Assembly: GCF_963921235.1 (NCBI RefSeq)
Contig: NC_086118.1
Coordinates: 16,804,001-16,868,000, forward strand
Reading direction: 5' to 3'
Length of the DNA stretch: 64,000 nucleotides
Source of the DNA: Mobula hypostoma
Taxonomy: Eukaryota
Shown: positions 24,086-37,189 of the stretch, one piece after another
Numbering within the stretch: position 1 is the stretch's first letter
How the letters are laid out: each line of letters starts with the position of its first letter
The notes under the pieces: model-generated
Seen by the model: the letters and a program-made list of their open reading frames with translations, nothing else
What the model was told of the DNA's origin: nothing
Database searches by the model: none
Program-made: the position numbers and the translations under genes

Positions 24086-25819
24086 AATCTGCACATGGTG
24101 CAGCCCTAATCATTTTACAAAGTGATTAATATATATATCTAGAGAGGTTATTTTAAATTGTTGATTAAACAGCCAATTAGCTTCTCCTCAATGTTCAGAA
24201 GGCTGTTGGGAAACTGAACACACTGTCACTTCTGCCTAAGGGTTTTGGCCCGAAACGTCGACTGCACTCTATTCCTAGATACTGCCTGGCCTGCTGAGTT
24301 CCTCCAGCATTTTATGTGTGGCTGTTGAAAGTGCCCGAGTGTGAGATGGCATTGCATTACTATCTCTCTCAACAGCTTTGGCGAGTCCAGCACAGCTAGT
24401 CTACTCAAACCCTCAAAACCACAAATTAATTGCATTATGATTGAGATGATTTGCTTTCCAACAATTATCATGACAATGATCACTACAAAGGAACTGCACC
24501 AATGGTGGTAAGCAATCGCAATTTTGTGGCTTTCTGCAGTAGATCTTTATCATTCATTTTACACGACCAATGTTAGCAAATGATAACCAGTACAAAAAGA
24601 ATCCATTGGAATTGTAATCTCATCACCAACTCCATAAATATTCAACATGCCTTTACATATCACCAATAAACAATAATGTCAAGATTACATTGCCCTGATT
24701 ATAGTTCTTGAGACAAATATATACATTTATAGTTTTCTAGCATTATGATGCCAGAATGTTTCAGGATTATGGTACTTGCAATATACACACTCTGTTCTAA
24801 GTTAATGACCATGATAAAATCAATTGGAACCTATTTTTACTAAGATAAATTTGATTGAACTGGTGCCTAAGATGATATAATGTATTCTTGCAGACAGTTT
24901 TCTTTTATAGCAAATAAAAATGGAAAGGCTCTGCATGATGAAGTAATTTGCAGTGAAGTACACCAGCAGGTTCCAAAAGACAAACAGTTGTATGACAAAT
25001 GGCAAATTTGTTTCAAAAAGGCCTTCAAGAAACAATTTGACAAGATCCATGTGTAGAAATTTCAGTTAGAATTTGCATCCAAGACTATGAATAACTGAAG
25101 TGTGTAAAACCCATAACCTTGAGTGGTGCCAAAAAGAAAGCAGTCCAATGAAGACTAAAGATGTATTGTAAGTACCTCAAAAGAAATGACTTGAAAGATA
25201 CTGTGTTAACCTCAGATAAGAGAGGAAATGTGTCTTAGACATTCTTACACAAAATATTCCTGACTAGTGCACAGTGAAAGCTCTGCTCTTATATTCCCAA
25301 GTGTCTTTCTCTTGCTATCCTTGTTCTTAGATTTTTTTTCTCCCACACTCAGAGACTCTTCAACATCTATTTGCTTTAATCCCCAAATGGCTGTAGTTCT
25401 ACAGGTACATTAAGTTCTAGACAGTAATTCTAGGAATTTCTGCAAATACATGGAATAAGGAAAGGCTGGATGTTATTAAGGATCAGCAATTTAGGAGAAG
25501 AGTTTGTCTCCAGGGCATTTGAACCTTGATATTAGAAGAAGCTTTTGAAATTATTTCTTGATACCATGTAACATATTATTAAAATACACCTTCAGTTTTC
25601 TCTTTCTTCTGTGCTTTTGTGTGGTCAATAAATTATCTGTTTGTTCCACAGTTCTTTTAACCTTTATTTCACCGTTGAGAGATTGCCAGACTAAGCAGGA
25701 AACTGAGCAAACTTCAGATAAAAAGGTAGCCAATCAGCTCTTAAAAAACAAAAAAAAACTTTTGCTCAAGTGGTTCCAAAGTAAGGCAAATTAATCATTT
25801 TAGGTGTCCTCAGCTATTT

Positions 25820-26135
25820 GGTCAGTGATGGTACCAGAATGATTAATTTATTTGACTAATAATCCAAAGAACTGGATGAAAGATTCAGAGACATACATTC
25901 AAATTCCATCAGGACAGCTGTGGAGTCTAAATGCAATTAAATATAGTAAATATACCTGGTGTTCTTTAAAAAATCTGTCATTCATATTGGCTGACATGAA
26001 GCTATTGGGACTTTTTATAATCTATCTGGTTCCCTAACAACCTTTGGGACAGAAATCCGTTCTCTTTATTTGTTTAGCCCAGCTACATTTCAAAATTCAG
26101 AGAAATGTTTTAATTGCCCTCTGAAATGAGCAAGC
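25820..26135 (+). mobile_element. Ancient SacSINE/Deu-SINE-like remnant
   Basis: Degenerate gactaataatccaaag...ttcaaattcc...tctggttccctaa...ttaattgccctctgaaatg motifs resemble recalled shark SacSINE1-type sequence. Confidence 0.35.
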
Positions 26136-28329
26136 AGGGCAAATGTCAAAGGAAAAGGTAAACTCAGCCCAGGGAACTGCAATATCCCAAACTTACTGAC
26201 ATCAGGGAGCTCTATGCCTAAATATGCACATCCTTCCCACGCCTGAGCAAGCCACAGCCTGAGCGTCACACTCCCAACATTATACCTTTCAGCCAAAGGA
26301 AAGAGATCTTTATTGGTGATTGTTCAGTTTTCAATTTCAATCATAAATCCTCAGATAATTACGGAATCCGTGCCAAAGAAGTGATCAGCTCCAGTGAGGG
26401 CAGAGTCTAAACACCTCACTGGAGCATTCCACGGAATCCCATCACCAGCATCCAATTCATAGGAGGATAGGAGATGTGGCTTGCTGGAATGTCATGACAT
26501 GATTACTGACCAAAATCTCAGTTAGATCAGCTCCACCAATGCCAAGGCCACAAGGGCAAGCCAAAGAGTGTAAAGTGGGTCACCTCCCCTGACATCCCAA
26601 TGTCTTTCAACTGTAAACCATGATTTGATTAGGGCAAAGGCTCTCTATGTATCTATGTATCAGGCACAAATTAGACACTGCAGCAACTCATCGATGCTTC
26701 TTGACAGCTCCTGCAAAACCAGTATGAATTAATTGAATAATAAGTCTCATAGAACATTAAGATTGCTATGCTGTTCTCATCATGCTCACTGTTTTTAATG
26801 TCAGGGCGATGATTTATTTTCCATTAATTCTACTGGTCTATGTAGTGAGCGTACAACTCAAACTAGATTTCCACAGCAGAGTTCATGTTATGGCCAATGT
26901 GAATTAAAAGAAAATAGCTCCAGAGTTCCCTCAACAGTACCACTAATTCCACAGTAAAACTGCCATCAGGAAGCTCAGGTGGTACACACAAGCAGAAGCC
27001 CTAAAGTTCCTCACAGATGAATGGCAGCAGATTCCAGGCTGCATTCCTGTACTGGGCTCCTCACGGAATCCAAAGACAAAACACCAACCTCCTGCAGTTT
27101 CTCTGCCCGTGGACTGTGTGTTTGCAATTAAGAACACCAGGAACAAAATAATTACATGCTGATATATAACACTGGCAGATAAGGAAAAAGCAGCTAGTCT
27201 ATGCCTCATACACTATCAGGATGATAGCAGCATCAAGAAATAGGAGCAAAATTCGTCTATTCAGTCCATTGAGTCTGCTTCACCATTCGATCATGGTTGA
27301 TCTGTTTTCCCTCTCAAACCCTTTATCCTGCCTCCTCCCTCGAACGTTTGATGCCATTACTCTTCTACATAATCATGCCTAGATACTAGATCACCAGCAT
27401 CACTACTCTTCTGCGTAAACTTCGTAATTATTGTTAACAATGATAAAATGGAGAAAGATAAAAAGTTTTTTTGACAAAAACTGGCAGCTGTGAGAAGACA
27501 GTAGATGTCATTGACAATAGATGTTGCATTCCTGAGGCAGTGCCTCTGTAGATATTACCAGTGGTGGGGAGGCATTGTGCTGTGATGTATTAAGGAGATT
27601 CCACTACTCTCTACAACTTCTTATGTTCCTGCTCATTCAAATTGCTGTCCTCAGGATACTTCCAACAGTTTGTTAGAGTGCTTGGTGACAGGCTGGGCCC
27701 AGGACAGGTTGTTGGACACGTTGATACCCAAGAACCTAAAGTTGCTGACTCTCTACACCACCAATCCCCCAGTGTAGAATGATGCATGTCCTCTCCTTTC
27801 TTGAAGTTAACAATTAGAGTTTTAGTTGTGCTGGCATTGAGTGAGAGTTTGTTGTTGCAGTCACTCAGTCAGGTGTCCTATCTTGCTCTGGTAGGCTGAC
27901 TCATTGCTACCTGTGTTCATCCGGCAACAGTAGTGTCAGTGATATTTTTGAAGATAAGCCGAGCTTAGCTAAACAGTTACCTGTCACTAGAGAGTAGAAC
28001 ATGTTTCTGTTTGTGATTGAAACATAAACATCACAGAGGTCTTCAGGCTAGTTCATCCAGTCAGTTATATTCCCCTGCTCTTTCCTATAGACACAATTTA
28101 TATTAACTGACAAATTTTTTTTATTATTATGTTGAAGACCAGATGTGCTGGAAGTCTCATGCACCTTTGAGCAATTTGAATTTCATTAGCTCAAAGGTCA
28201 CTGAAGCAGCAAAAAAGGCTTAGAAAAAGCCTCCGCACTGGGGTAGGTGTAGAAACCTCAGGCACCTTTGGTCTAGTGAGAACTAAATGTGGTATCTAAT
28301 GGGCACCAATACTGGGACTATATCTTTCA

Positions 28330-28478
28330 GTAAACACGAAATACTGGAGGAACTCAGCAGGCCAGGCAGCATCTATGGAAAAAAGTACAGTCGATCTTTC
28401 AGGCCTGGGCTGCTGAGTTCCTCCAGCATTTTGTGTGCATTGCTCAGATTTCCAGCATCTGCAGATTTTCTCTTGCTT
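28330..28478. mobile_element. Short fold-back Penelope pLTR fragment
   Basis: ctggaggaactcagcag ... ctgctgagttcctccag inverted arms followed by the pLTR tail. Confidence 0.7.
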
Positions 28479-31024
28479 CTATATCTCTAAGTTCAAGCTA
28501 AGAAGAGAAGGCCATGACAGGCATAAAATAGGTGATTCATAAACAGTGAATGAAATTGTTGGTGTGGGTTCTAAATAAACCAAAATTTAAGCGGTAAGTA
28601 CTGGTTCTGATCTGCCCATGTTAATAATATTGAATCTGACTGTGTGTTATAGCAGGTGAAGGTGCACAGCTCACTGTCAAAATTCTGACTTACAAACAAA
28701 GATAACAGAAATCTGAGGTAACCTCAACATATTGATAGCAGCATCCAAAGGAAAGTCCAAAAATGTGGGGCTGAAAGGCAACAGGTAAATTTTGGTAACT
28801 CACACCAATTTTAATGCTTGGATAAAAGTTTTGAACTTGTGATTGTGCACATACTGTAATGTGCTTGCATTTTGCCATAGAAAAGATGGTTAGGCAATGC
28901 TTCATGGTACCAGTATGAAACGTATCAATTGTCAAGGTAACAGCACCAGGTCTTGGCTTAATACATGCTATGTAGATAGGAGAGGTTTAGCTGCATATAT
29001 ACCAAATGCAAGCAAATAGGATAGGTTTAGATGGAAATCTCGGTTGGCACGGACCAGTTAGACCAGAAGGCTTGCTTCCTGCTCTAGGATTCCATGACTC
29101 AAGTGGGCAGTAGGGCCTGTTTTCATGTTGTGCTCTATGACACTAATTAAAATGCAAAGGTAATAATGTGCAGTGCTTTAAAATACATAGCACTGCTAAG
29201 GCAAAAGCTCAGAGGTAACGGAAATTATTTTGAACATTATACTGTTACCAAAGTTCTGTGAGGTGCAGAAGCCATGATTTTAAGACAGAATGAGCAAGAC
29301 AAGATAGATGCCCCTCAAATTTTATCCACCAGCAACAGCTTAATCTCAGGCAGAAGTTAATTGACTGAAGAAACAAAACAAAAATTGAAGCTTGAAAATT
29401 TTCTTATTCAAATGACAACATTTAATTACAGGTATTATGAATGGATGGCTTGACATAATTGCAACATCACAGAATACATTTAAATGAATGCAAATAGTAA
29501 GAACCTCCTCAGTCGAAGCATCATAAATATCCTGCAAGTCAACACTAAAGAAGATATTAAGTGTTATCAAAATCCTGGATAGACATACAGACAGAGGCAG
29601 GATTACCATAAATTGTGTTTTTTTTCTTATGTTGTTAAAAATAGTTTTAAAAAACTGGCACCTTTGGCTCACTTTAAGTAATGATATCTCCATTAGAAGA
29701 GCTTTTGGGTTATAACTTGGCAAAGAAAGAGTTCATGCTGATAAGGATCACATGTTACAATGAAAAATATTGTGTGAATCCCATGCCAATGTGATATGTA
29801 GTGAATTTGGAGGAAGTACCTAAAAACTATTAAAAAATAAGGGATGTTGTGTGCTTAGTATGGACATAAAAACAAAAAATTAAATTAATCCAACCCCGCA
29901 AGAACCCTGGCAAAGATCTTTAGAAGTGTGTAATATCACAATATTTATTGCTTCAAGCAAAACTGCCAAAATGTCTTATCTTACTTAAAAGATTGCTTCT
30001 ATGCTTGGATTGCAGGATTATTAATTGTACTCCTCACTAAACCAGTAACATTGGATACATTCCTGCCTCTTCAATGACTGACTCCCTTTACAAAAGAAAC
30101 AACAAAAAATGGCTGCTTCTACATTCTAGGGCAAAACAGTCATCTCCTGATGATAAAATGGGACCTATTCCCCAGTAAACATTTGCTCTGTTAAAATCAT
30201 AAGATTTACATGAAAAGATTATCAAAGCTTTTTTGATGAGCACATGACCATGTACTGAGGCAGAACACTTTCATATTTGACTGTTTTTTTTTCATTACAA
30301 CTGGATAATTAAACCAAGGAATAGAAAATATAATCACTTTGCTCATCATGTCAGCAATAAATTGGATTAATCCCTGCATTAAGCTGGATTCAACATACAT
30401 TGAATGAATATCTATCTCCCACCCCACCGATTTCTTGGCATCAGCTGGTACTGCAATTTCACATGGGTGTTTCCAAACATGCCTATCTAGTGATAATAGC
30501 TGGCACCATCAACACCATCTGAAATTTCCAGCAACACATAACATCAAAGTTAATTTTGATCAGAATATTTAAGGCTCTGTTGCCTCGGAACTTCCACAAG
30601 TACTGGCCAATATTTGAGGGAAAGAAAACACAATATTACCAAATGAAAAGATACAAAATCCCAACCTTGAAGATAATATCCAACTGCATGAGCAACTGCA
30701 GATATTTGCCAAAATAACTAATTATGCTAAACTTAAGTAGTTTTGGCTTGGAAAGCACATGCATTGCAAACTGGAGATATTTGGACTCAGTCTAGTCGAC
30801 AGGATCTTTCATAGTCAGAGACAGTCCATCAGAGTTGGATAGCACTGGGTCAAAGGTTAGTACATACACACTGGAATTTCCCATTTCAGTCAGATACTCT
30901 TAATATATATAAGGGATACTGTTGCTAACACATTAACATAATTAAGTTGAAGCTATTCCCAGTCACTGCAATGCTTTTGCAATGGTTGTCCTTTTAATAA
31001 AGCTGCTTACAATACATAAAATTC

Positions 31025-31550
31025 ACAAACATGAAGAAGTCTGCAGATGTTGTGAATCTAGAGCAACACAAACAAAATGCTGCAGGAACTCAACAGGTCA
31101 GGCAGTATCTATGGAAATGAGTAAATACTCGACGTTTCGGGCCAAGACCCTTCTTCAAGACTGAGAAGAAAGGGGAAAGATGCCAGAATAAAAAGGTGGG
31201 GGGAGGGGAAAGAGGCCAGCTTGTAGGTGAGAGGTGAAGGCAGGTGGGTGGGAAAGGTCAAGGGCCGGAGAAGAAAGAATTTGATAGGAGAGTGGACAAT
31301 AGGAGAAAGGGAAGGAGAAGGGGGCCCAGGGGGAAGTAATAGGTGGGTGAGGGGAACTGAAAGGTCAGAGTGGGGAATAGAAGAAGTTGGGGGGGGGTTT
31401 GTTCACTGGAAGGAAATATCAATTTTCATGCCATTAGGCAGGCTACCCAGATGGAATATAAGGTGTTGCTCCTCCACCCTTAGGGTGGCCTCATCTTGGC
31501 ACAAGAGGATCAAAATGGGAATGGGAATTTGAATTAAAATGTTTGGCACC
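31025..31550 (-). mobile_element. Older Penelope-like 3' end and pLTR
   Basis: Reverse-strand hammerhead remnant (tcgacgtttcgggccaagacccttcttcaagactg), purine-rich UTR and ORF-end remnant. Confidence 0.75.
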
Positions 31551-31993
31551 AGGATAAAATTATTTTAATGTAGATTTAAATCTACTAAAAAAAAGGTTTT
31601 AGCTTATTTTGTAACTTAATTACCTCCCAAATTATAGACATGCACAACAAATGACTTCACCTCTAATTCTCAATCACTTCACATAATTGGCACTGCATCT
31701 CTGTGTGAGACTGCCTTTCAGACTGCTCCTTGATGAAATGTTACATTTTAGTCTGTGTAAACAATTGGAAGAAGGCTAAAGAACAGAGTTTTCACTGGAT
31801 ACCGCTGGTGAAAAATGTACTCAAGATGTAATTTTGAGAATTGATTACTTTCTCAAGTATGTTCTGACTTTGGGTGCTCTCTGTGTGCAGTACACAGATT
31901 CTCTTGATCACCGTGCAGATTTCCTCTGGGTCACCAGCTTCAACCCACATTCCAGAATATTGCAGGCTGGTAAGTTAATTGACCACAGTCATA

Positions 31994-32257
31994 GGCGGCA
32001 TGGAAGCATAATAGTTAGTACAATACTTTACAGTACCAGGGACCCGGGTTCAATTTCCGCCACTGTCTGTAAGGAGTTTGTATGTTCTCCCCATGTCTGT
32101 GTGGGTTTCCTCTGAATGCTCCGGTTTCCTCCCACAGTCCAAAGATGTACCGGTTGGTAGGTTAATTGGTCATTGTAAATTGCCCCGTGATTAGGCTAGA
32201 GTTGAGTGGGAGGTTGCTGGGTGACGCGGCTCGAAGTGCCGATTCTGTGCTGCGTCT
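31994..32257 (+). mobile_element. HE1/V-SINE-like tRNA-derived SINE nested in an older SINE
   Basis: B-box gggttcaatttcc, V-domain tgtgtgggtttcctc...gctccggtttcctcccacagtccaaagatgt; possible TSD cagtca (31986-91, 32258-63). Confidence 0.8.
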
Positions 32258-32280
32258 CAGTCAATTCCATTTTGTGTGAG

Positions 32281-33800
32281 GGCGAACTGTAGACTACGGG
32301 CAGGAAGGTGCGCTGATGAGGGTGAACAGTAGACCATGGGCAGGAAGGTGCGCTGATGAGGGTGAACAGTAGACCACGGGCAGGAAGGTGCGCTGATGAG
32401 GGTGAACAGTAGACCATGGGCAGGAAGGTGCGCTGATGAGGGTGAACAGTAGACCATGGGCGGGAAGGTGCGCCGATGAGGGTGAACAGTAGACTACGGG
32501 CAGGAAGGTGCGCCGATGAGGGTGAACAGTAGACTACGGGCAGGAAGGTGCGCCGATGAGGGTGAACAGTAGACTACGGGCAGGAAGGTGCGCTGATGTG
32601 GGTGAACAGTAGACCATGGGCGGGAAGGTGCGCTGATGAGGGTGAACAGTAGACCATGGGCGGGAAGGTACGCTGATGAGGGTGAACAGTAGACTATGGG
32701 CAGGAAGGTGCGCTGATGTGGGTGAACAGTAGACCACGGGCAGGAAGGTGCACTGATGAGGGTGAACAGTAGACCATGGGCAGGAAGGTGCGCTGATGAG
32801 GGTGAACAGTAGACCATGGGCAGGAAGGTGCGCCGATGAGGGTGAACAGTAGACCATGGGCAGGAAGGTGCGCTGATGAGGGTGAACAGTAGACCATGGG
32901 CGGGAAGGTGCGCCGATGAGGGTGAACAGTAGACTACGGGCAGGAAGGTGCGCCGATGAGGGTGAACAGTAGACCATGGGCGGGAAGGTGCGCTGATGAG
33001 GGTGAACAGTAGACCACGGGCAGGAAGGTGCGCTGATGAGGGTGAACAGTAGACTACGGGCAGGAAGGTGCGCTGATGAGGGTGAACAGTAGACCATGGG
33101 CAGGAAGGTGCGCTGATGAGGGTGAACAGTAGACCATGGGCGGGAAGGTGCGCTGATGAGGGTGAACAGTAGACCATGGGCAGGAAGGTGCGCCGATGAG
33201 GGTGAACAGTAGACTACGGGCAGGAAGGTGCGCCGATGAGGGTGAACAGTAGACTACGGGCAGGAAGGTGCGCCGATGTGGGTGAACAGTAGACTACGGG
33301 CAGGAAGGTGCGCTGATGTGGGTGAACAGTAGACCATGGGCGGGAAGGTGCGCTGATGAGGGTGAACAGTAGACCATGGGCAGGAAGGTGCGCTGATGAG
33401 GGTGAACAGTAGACCATGGGCAGGAAGGTGCACTGATGAGGGTGAACAGTAGACCATGGGCGGGAAGGTGCGCTGATGAGGGTGAACAGTAGACCATGGG
33501 CGGGAAGGTGCGCTGATGAGGGTGAACAGTAGACCATGGGCAGGAAGGTGCGCCGATGAGGGTGAACAGTAGACTACGGGCAGGAAGGTGCGCCGATGAG
33601 GGTGAACAGTAGACCGTGGGCAGGAAGGTGCGCTGATGAGGGTGAACAGTAGACTGTGGACAGGAAGGTGCGCTGATGAGGGTGAACAGTAGAATATGGG
33701 CAGGAAGGCGTGCTGATGAGGGTGAACAGTAGACCATGGGCAGGAAGGTGCGCTGATGAGGGTGAACAGTAGAATATGGGCAGGAAGGCGTGCTGATGAG
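32281..33800. repeat. Minisatellite, 38 tandem copies of a 40-bp unit (ggtgaacagtagaccatgggcaggaaggtgcgctgatgag)
   Basis: Exact 40-bp periodicity with no indels; variation is confined to a few recurrent substitution sites. Confidence 0.97.
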
Positions 33801-33899
33801 AAGCTTGAGGGAATCAAAAAATAACGTGATTTATGTAGGATTAGTGTAAAAGGGTGGTTGATGGCTGATGCAGACTCACTGAACTAAAGGGCCAATTTT

Positions 33900-34520
33900 T
33901 TAGATTAGATTAAATTAGATTCAACTTTATTGTTATTGTGCCAAGTACAGATACAAAGCCGATGAAATACAGTTAGCATCTGACCAGAAATGCAAAGAAT
34001 AGTGTTATTTACAAAATAACTGTGAATAAAAAGTAAGTGCTACAGCACACAAATATAAAAGTACTGAGACAGTAAAATATGGATGCAATACTGTTTAGCG
34101 CTGTGATGTGAAGTTCACACAGGGTCACAGCCTCAGTGAATAAGCTCTTCTTGTGCTTGCTGGTGTGGGAGCGGAGGATCCTGTAGCACCTACTGGTTGG
34201 AAGGAGAGTTAAAAGTCCATGGTTAGGGTGAGATGCATCCTTGATAATGCTTTTCGCAGCGTTATGGTAGATGTTCTCAATGGTGGGCAATTAGGTGCCG
34301 ATAATCCACCGGGCAGTTTTCAACACACGCTGGAGTGCTTTGCGGTCCGATACGGGACAATTGCTATACCACACTGAGAAGCAGTTGGTGAGTATGCTCT
34401 CAATGGTACAGTGGTAAAAGTCCGTCAGTATCCTGGGACAGAGGTGAGCTTTCTTCATGCTCAGCAGGAAATAAAGGCGCTGTTGCACCTTTTTGATCAG
34501 GATGGAGGAGTTGGAGGAGA
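33900..34520 (-). mobile_element. Rex1/Babar-like LINE 3' fragment with (TCTAA)n tail
   Basis: QQRLYFL...ILTDFYHCTIESILTNCFSVWY...DRKALQRV; IIKDASHPNHGLLTLLP; tail ttagattagattaaattagattc. Confidence 0.8.
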
Positions 34521-35105
34521 TTTCTGTGATGTATCATTCTCTATGTACATTTTAAAACCATTTTAAAGATTTAAATTAAAGTGTAAATCTTCATTTCGAT
34601 TCATTGACAAATTTAAATGTAACTCAATAAAGTTCAATTGAAAAGTTTAATACCTCTTAGTGACCATACAATTGACAACTAGGGTGCAAACATTTGGTTC
34701 ATTATGCAATGAATCAACCTTACAGCTATACTGTTGAAAGAAAATTGATTAGTTTTATGCACTTGTTTTAAATGCAATCATCTTTCCAATCACTACGTTT
34801 TTATGCAGATATTTCTCTCCTTTTTTTGGAGCAGTTACTATAATTTCTTTTCCCTCTGTTCTATAAATGGACTTCATGTACTGAGTAAATTGCCACAAAA
34901 TACTGTTTACTGGCAGTCACATGTCTGTCACACACCCAGCAGTGTTGCCAATAAATAGACTGTCAATTAGCACCATACAAAATGCATCCATCACAGAAAG
35001 AAGCACATTTTAATCATTGACATGTCAACATTTGAACTGCAACATAATTATAAATTCCTGGGTAATAAATTATAAGTCCCATGAACCCACACAGTATATG
35101 GGAGA

Positions 35106-37172
35106 CAACAGGAATTCTGCAGATGCTGGAAATTCAAGCAACACACATCAAAGTTGCTGGTGAACGCAGCAGGCCAAGCAGCATCTCTAGGAAGAGGTAC
35201 AGTTGACGTTTCAGGCCGAGACCCTTCGTCAGGACTAACTGAAGGAAGAGTGAGTAAGGGATTTGAAAGCTGGAGGGGGAGGGGGAGATCCAAAATGATA
35301 GGAGAAGACAGGAGGGGGAGGGATGGAGCCGAGAGCTGGACAGGTGATAGGCAAAAGGGGATACGAGAGGATCATGGGACAGGAGGTCCGGGAAGAAAGA
35401 CGGGGGGGGTGACCCAGAGGATGGGCAAGAGGTATATTCAGAGGGACAGAGGGAGAAAAAGGAGAGTGAGAGAAAGAATGTGTGCATAAAAAAGAGTAAC
35501 AGATGGGGTACGAGGGGGAGGTGGGGCCTAGCGGAAGTTAGAGAAGTCGATGTTCATGCCATCAGGTTGGAGGCTACCCATACGGAATATAAGGTGTTGT
35601 TCCTCCAACCTGAGTGTGGCTTCATCTTTACAGTAGAGGAGGCCGTGGATAGGCATGTCAGAATGGGAATGGGATGTGGAATTAAAATGGGTGGCCACTG
35701 GGAGATCCTGCTTTCTCTGGCGGACAGAGCGTAGATGTTCAGCAAAGCGGTCTCCCAGTCTGCGTCGGGTCTCACCAATATATAAAAGGCCACATCGGGA
35801 GCACCGGACGCAGTATATCACCCCAGTCGACTCACAGGTGAAGTGATGCCTCACCTGGAAGGACTGTTTGGGGCCCTGAATGGTGGTAAGGGAGGAAGTG
35901 TAAGGGCATGTGTAGCACTTGTTCCGCTTACACGGATAAGTGCCAGGAGGGAGATCAGTGGGGAGGGATGGGGGGGACGAATGGACAAGGGAGTTGTGTA
36001 GGGAGCGATCCCTACGGAATGCAGAGAGAGGGGGGGAGGGAAAGATATGCTTAGTGGTGGGATCCCGTTGGAGGTGGCGGAAGTTACGGAGAATAATATG
36101 TTGGACCCGGAGGCTGGTGGGGTGGTAGGTGAGGACCAGGGGAACCCTATTCCTAGTGGGGTGGTGGGAGGATGGAGTGAGAGCAGATGTACGTGAAATG
36201 GGGGAGATGCGTTTAAGAGCAGAGTTGATAGTGGAGGAAGGGAAGCCCCGTTCTTTAAAAAATGAAGACATCTCCCTCGTCCTAGAATGAAAAGCCTCAT
36301 CCTGAGAGCAGATGCGGCGGAGACGGAGGAATTGCGAGAAGGGGATGGCGTTTTTGCAAGAGACAGGGTGAGAAGAGGAATAGTCCAGATAGCTGTGAGA
36401 GTCAGTAGGCTTATAGTAGACATCAGTGGATAAGCTGTCTCCAGAGACAGAGACAGAAAGATCTAGAAAGGGGAGGGAGGTGTCGGAAATGGACCAGGTA
36501 AACTTGAGGGCAGGGTGAAAGTTGGAGGCAAAGTTAATAAAGTCAACGAGTTCTGCATGCGTGCAGGAAGCAGCGCCAATGCAGTCGTCGATGTAGCGAA
36601 GGAAAAGTGGGGGACAGATACCAGAATAGGCACGGAACATAGATTGTTCCACAAACCCAACAAAAAGGCAGGCATAGCTAGGACCCATACGGGTGCCCAT
36701 AGCTACACCTTTAGTTTGGAGGAAATGGGAGGAGCAAAAGGAGAAATTATTAAGAGTAAGGACTAATTCTGCTAGACGGAGCAGAGTGGTGGTAGAGGGG
36801 AACTGATTAGGTCTGGAATCCAAAAAGAAGCGAAGAGCTTTGAGACCTTCCTGATGGGGGATGAAAGTATATAGGGACTGGACATCCATGGTGAAAATAA
36901 AGCGGTGGGGGCCAGGGAACTTAAAATCATCGAAAAGTTTAAGAGCGTGAGAAGTGTCACGAACATAGGTCGGAAGGGATTGAACAAGGGGTGATAAAAC
37001 AGTGTCGAGGTATGCAGAAACGAGTTCGGTGGGGCAGGAGTAAGCTGAGACAATAGGTCGGCCAGGACAGGCAGGTTTGTGGATCTTGGGTAGGAGGTAG
37101 AAACGGGAAGTGCGGGGTGTGGGAACTATAAGGTTGGTAGCAGTGGATGGGAGATCCCCTGAGCGGATAAAG
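35106..37172 (-). mobile_element. Young 5'-truncated Penelope-like element with 3' pLTR
   Basis: Uninterrupted RT plus GIY-YIG frame and a pLTR with a hammerhead. Identity with copy 2 stops at about 37172. Confidence 0.95.
35201..35236 (-). ncRNA. Hammerhead ribozyme with one stem I mismatch
   Basis: Core intact, but GUC^AACU replaces GUC^GACU. Confidence 0.7.
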
Positions 37173-37189
37173 CCGTGGCATAGAGTCAT
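35528..37189 (-). CDS. Penelope-like reverse transcriptase-GIY-YIG endonuclease ORF (N-truncated; first codons come from flanking DNA)
   Basis: FYLLPKIHK...GRPIVS, MDVQSLYT, GVAMGTRMGPSYA, RYIDD, LPFLD, VIYCVRCSRCGLLYIGET...RFAEH; 553 codons with no stop. Confidence 0.9.
   Translation of the reverse strand: MTLCHGFIRSGDLPSTATNLIVPTPRTSRFYLLPKIHKPACPGRPIVSAYSCPTELVSAYLDTVLSPLVQSLPTYVRDTSHALKLFDDFKFPGPHRFIFTMDVQSLYTFIPHQEGLKALRFFLDSRPNQFPSTTTLLRLAELVLTLNNFSFCSSHFLQTKGVAMGTRMGPSYACLFVGFVEQSMFRAYSGICPPLFLRYIDDCIGAASCTHAELVDFINFASNFHPALKFTWSISDTSLPFLDLSVSVSGDSLSTDVYYKPTDSHSYLDYSSSHPVSCKNAIPFSQFLRLRRICSQDEAFHSRTREMSSFFKERGFPSSTINSALKRISPISRTSALTPSSHHPTRNRVPLVLTYHPTSLRVQHIILRNFRHLQRDPTTKHIFPSPPLSAFRRDRSLHNSLVHSSPPSLPTDLPPGTYPCKRNKCYTCPYTSSLTTIQGPKQSFQVRHHFTCESTGVIYCVRCSRCGLLYIGETRRRLGDRFAEHLRSVRQRKQDLPVATHFNSTSHSHSDMPIHGLLYCKDEATLRLEEQHLIFRMGSLQPDGMNIDFSNFR

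Noticed and set aside
26578..26600. Resemblance of cacctcccctg to miR-1306-5p
   Set aside because: Only about 11 nt match, with no precursor hairpin and no DGCR8 exon context.
31994..32065. tRNA gene
   Set aside because: It is the tRNA-derived head of a SINE with a degraded cloverleaf, continuing into the V-domain.
32281..33800. Array as a CRISPR locus, tandem hammerhead or snoRNA array (contains CTGATGAG)
   Set aside because: There are no unique spacers and the context is eukaryotic. No GAAA core or stem II follows CUGAUGA. The unit is explained by SINE sequence.
32196..33817. Long repetitive minus-strand ORFs (MVYCSPSSAHLP...)
   Set aside because: Artefact of a 40-bp unit cycling through three frames; stops appear wherever one unit variant occurs.
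35048..37181. Overlapping and antisense ORFs in Penelope copies (also 49473-50606 and 62107-63981)
   Set aside because: Alternate-frame shadows of a GC-rich young element, repeated only because the element is repeated.
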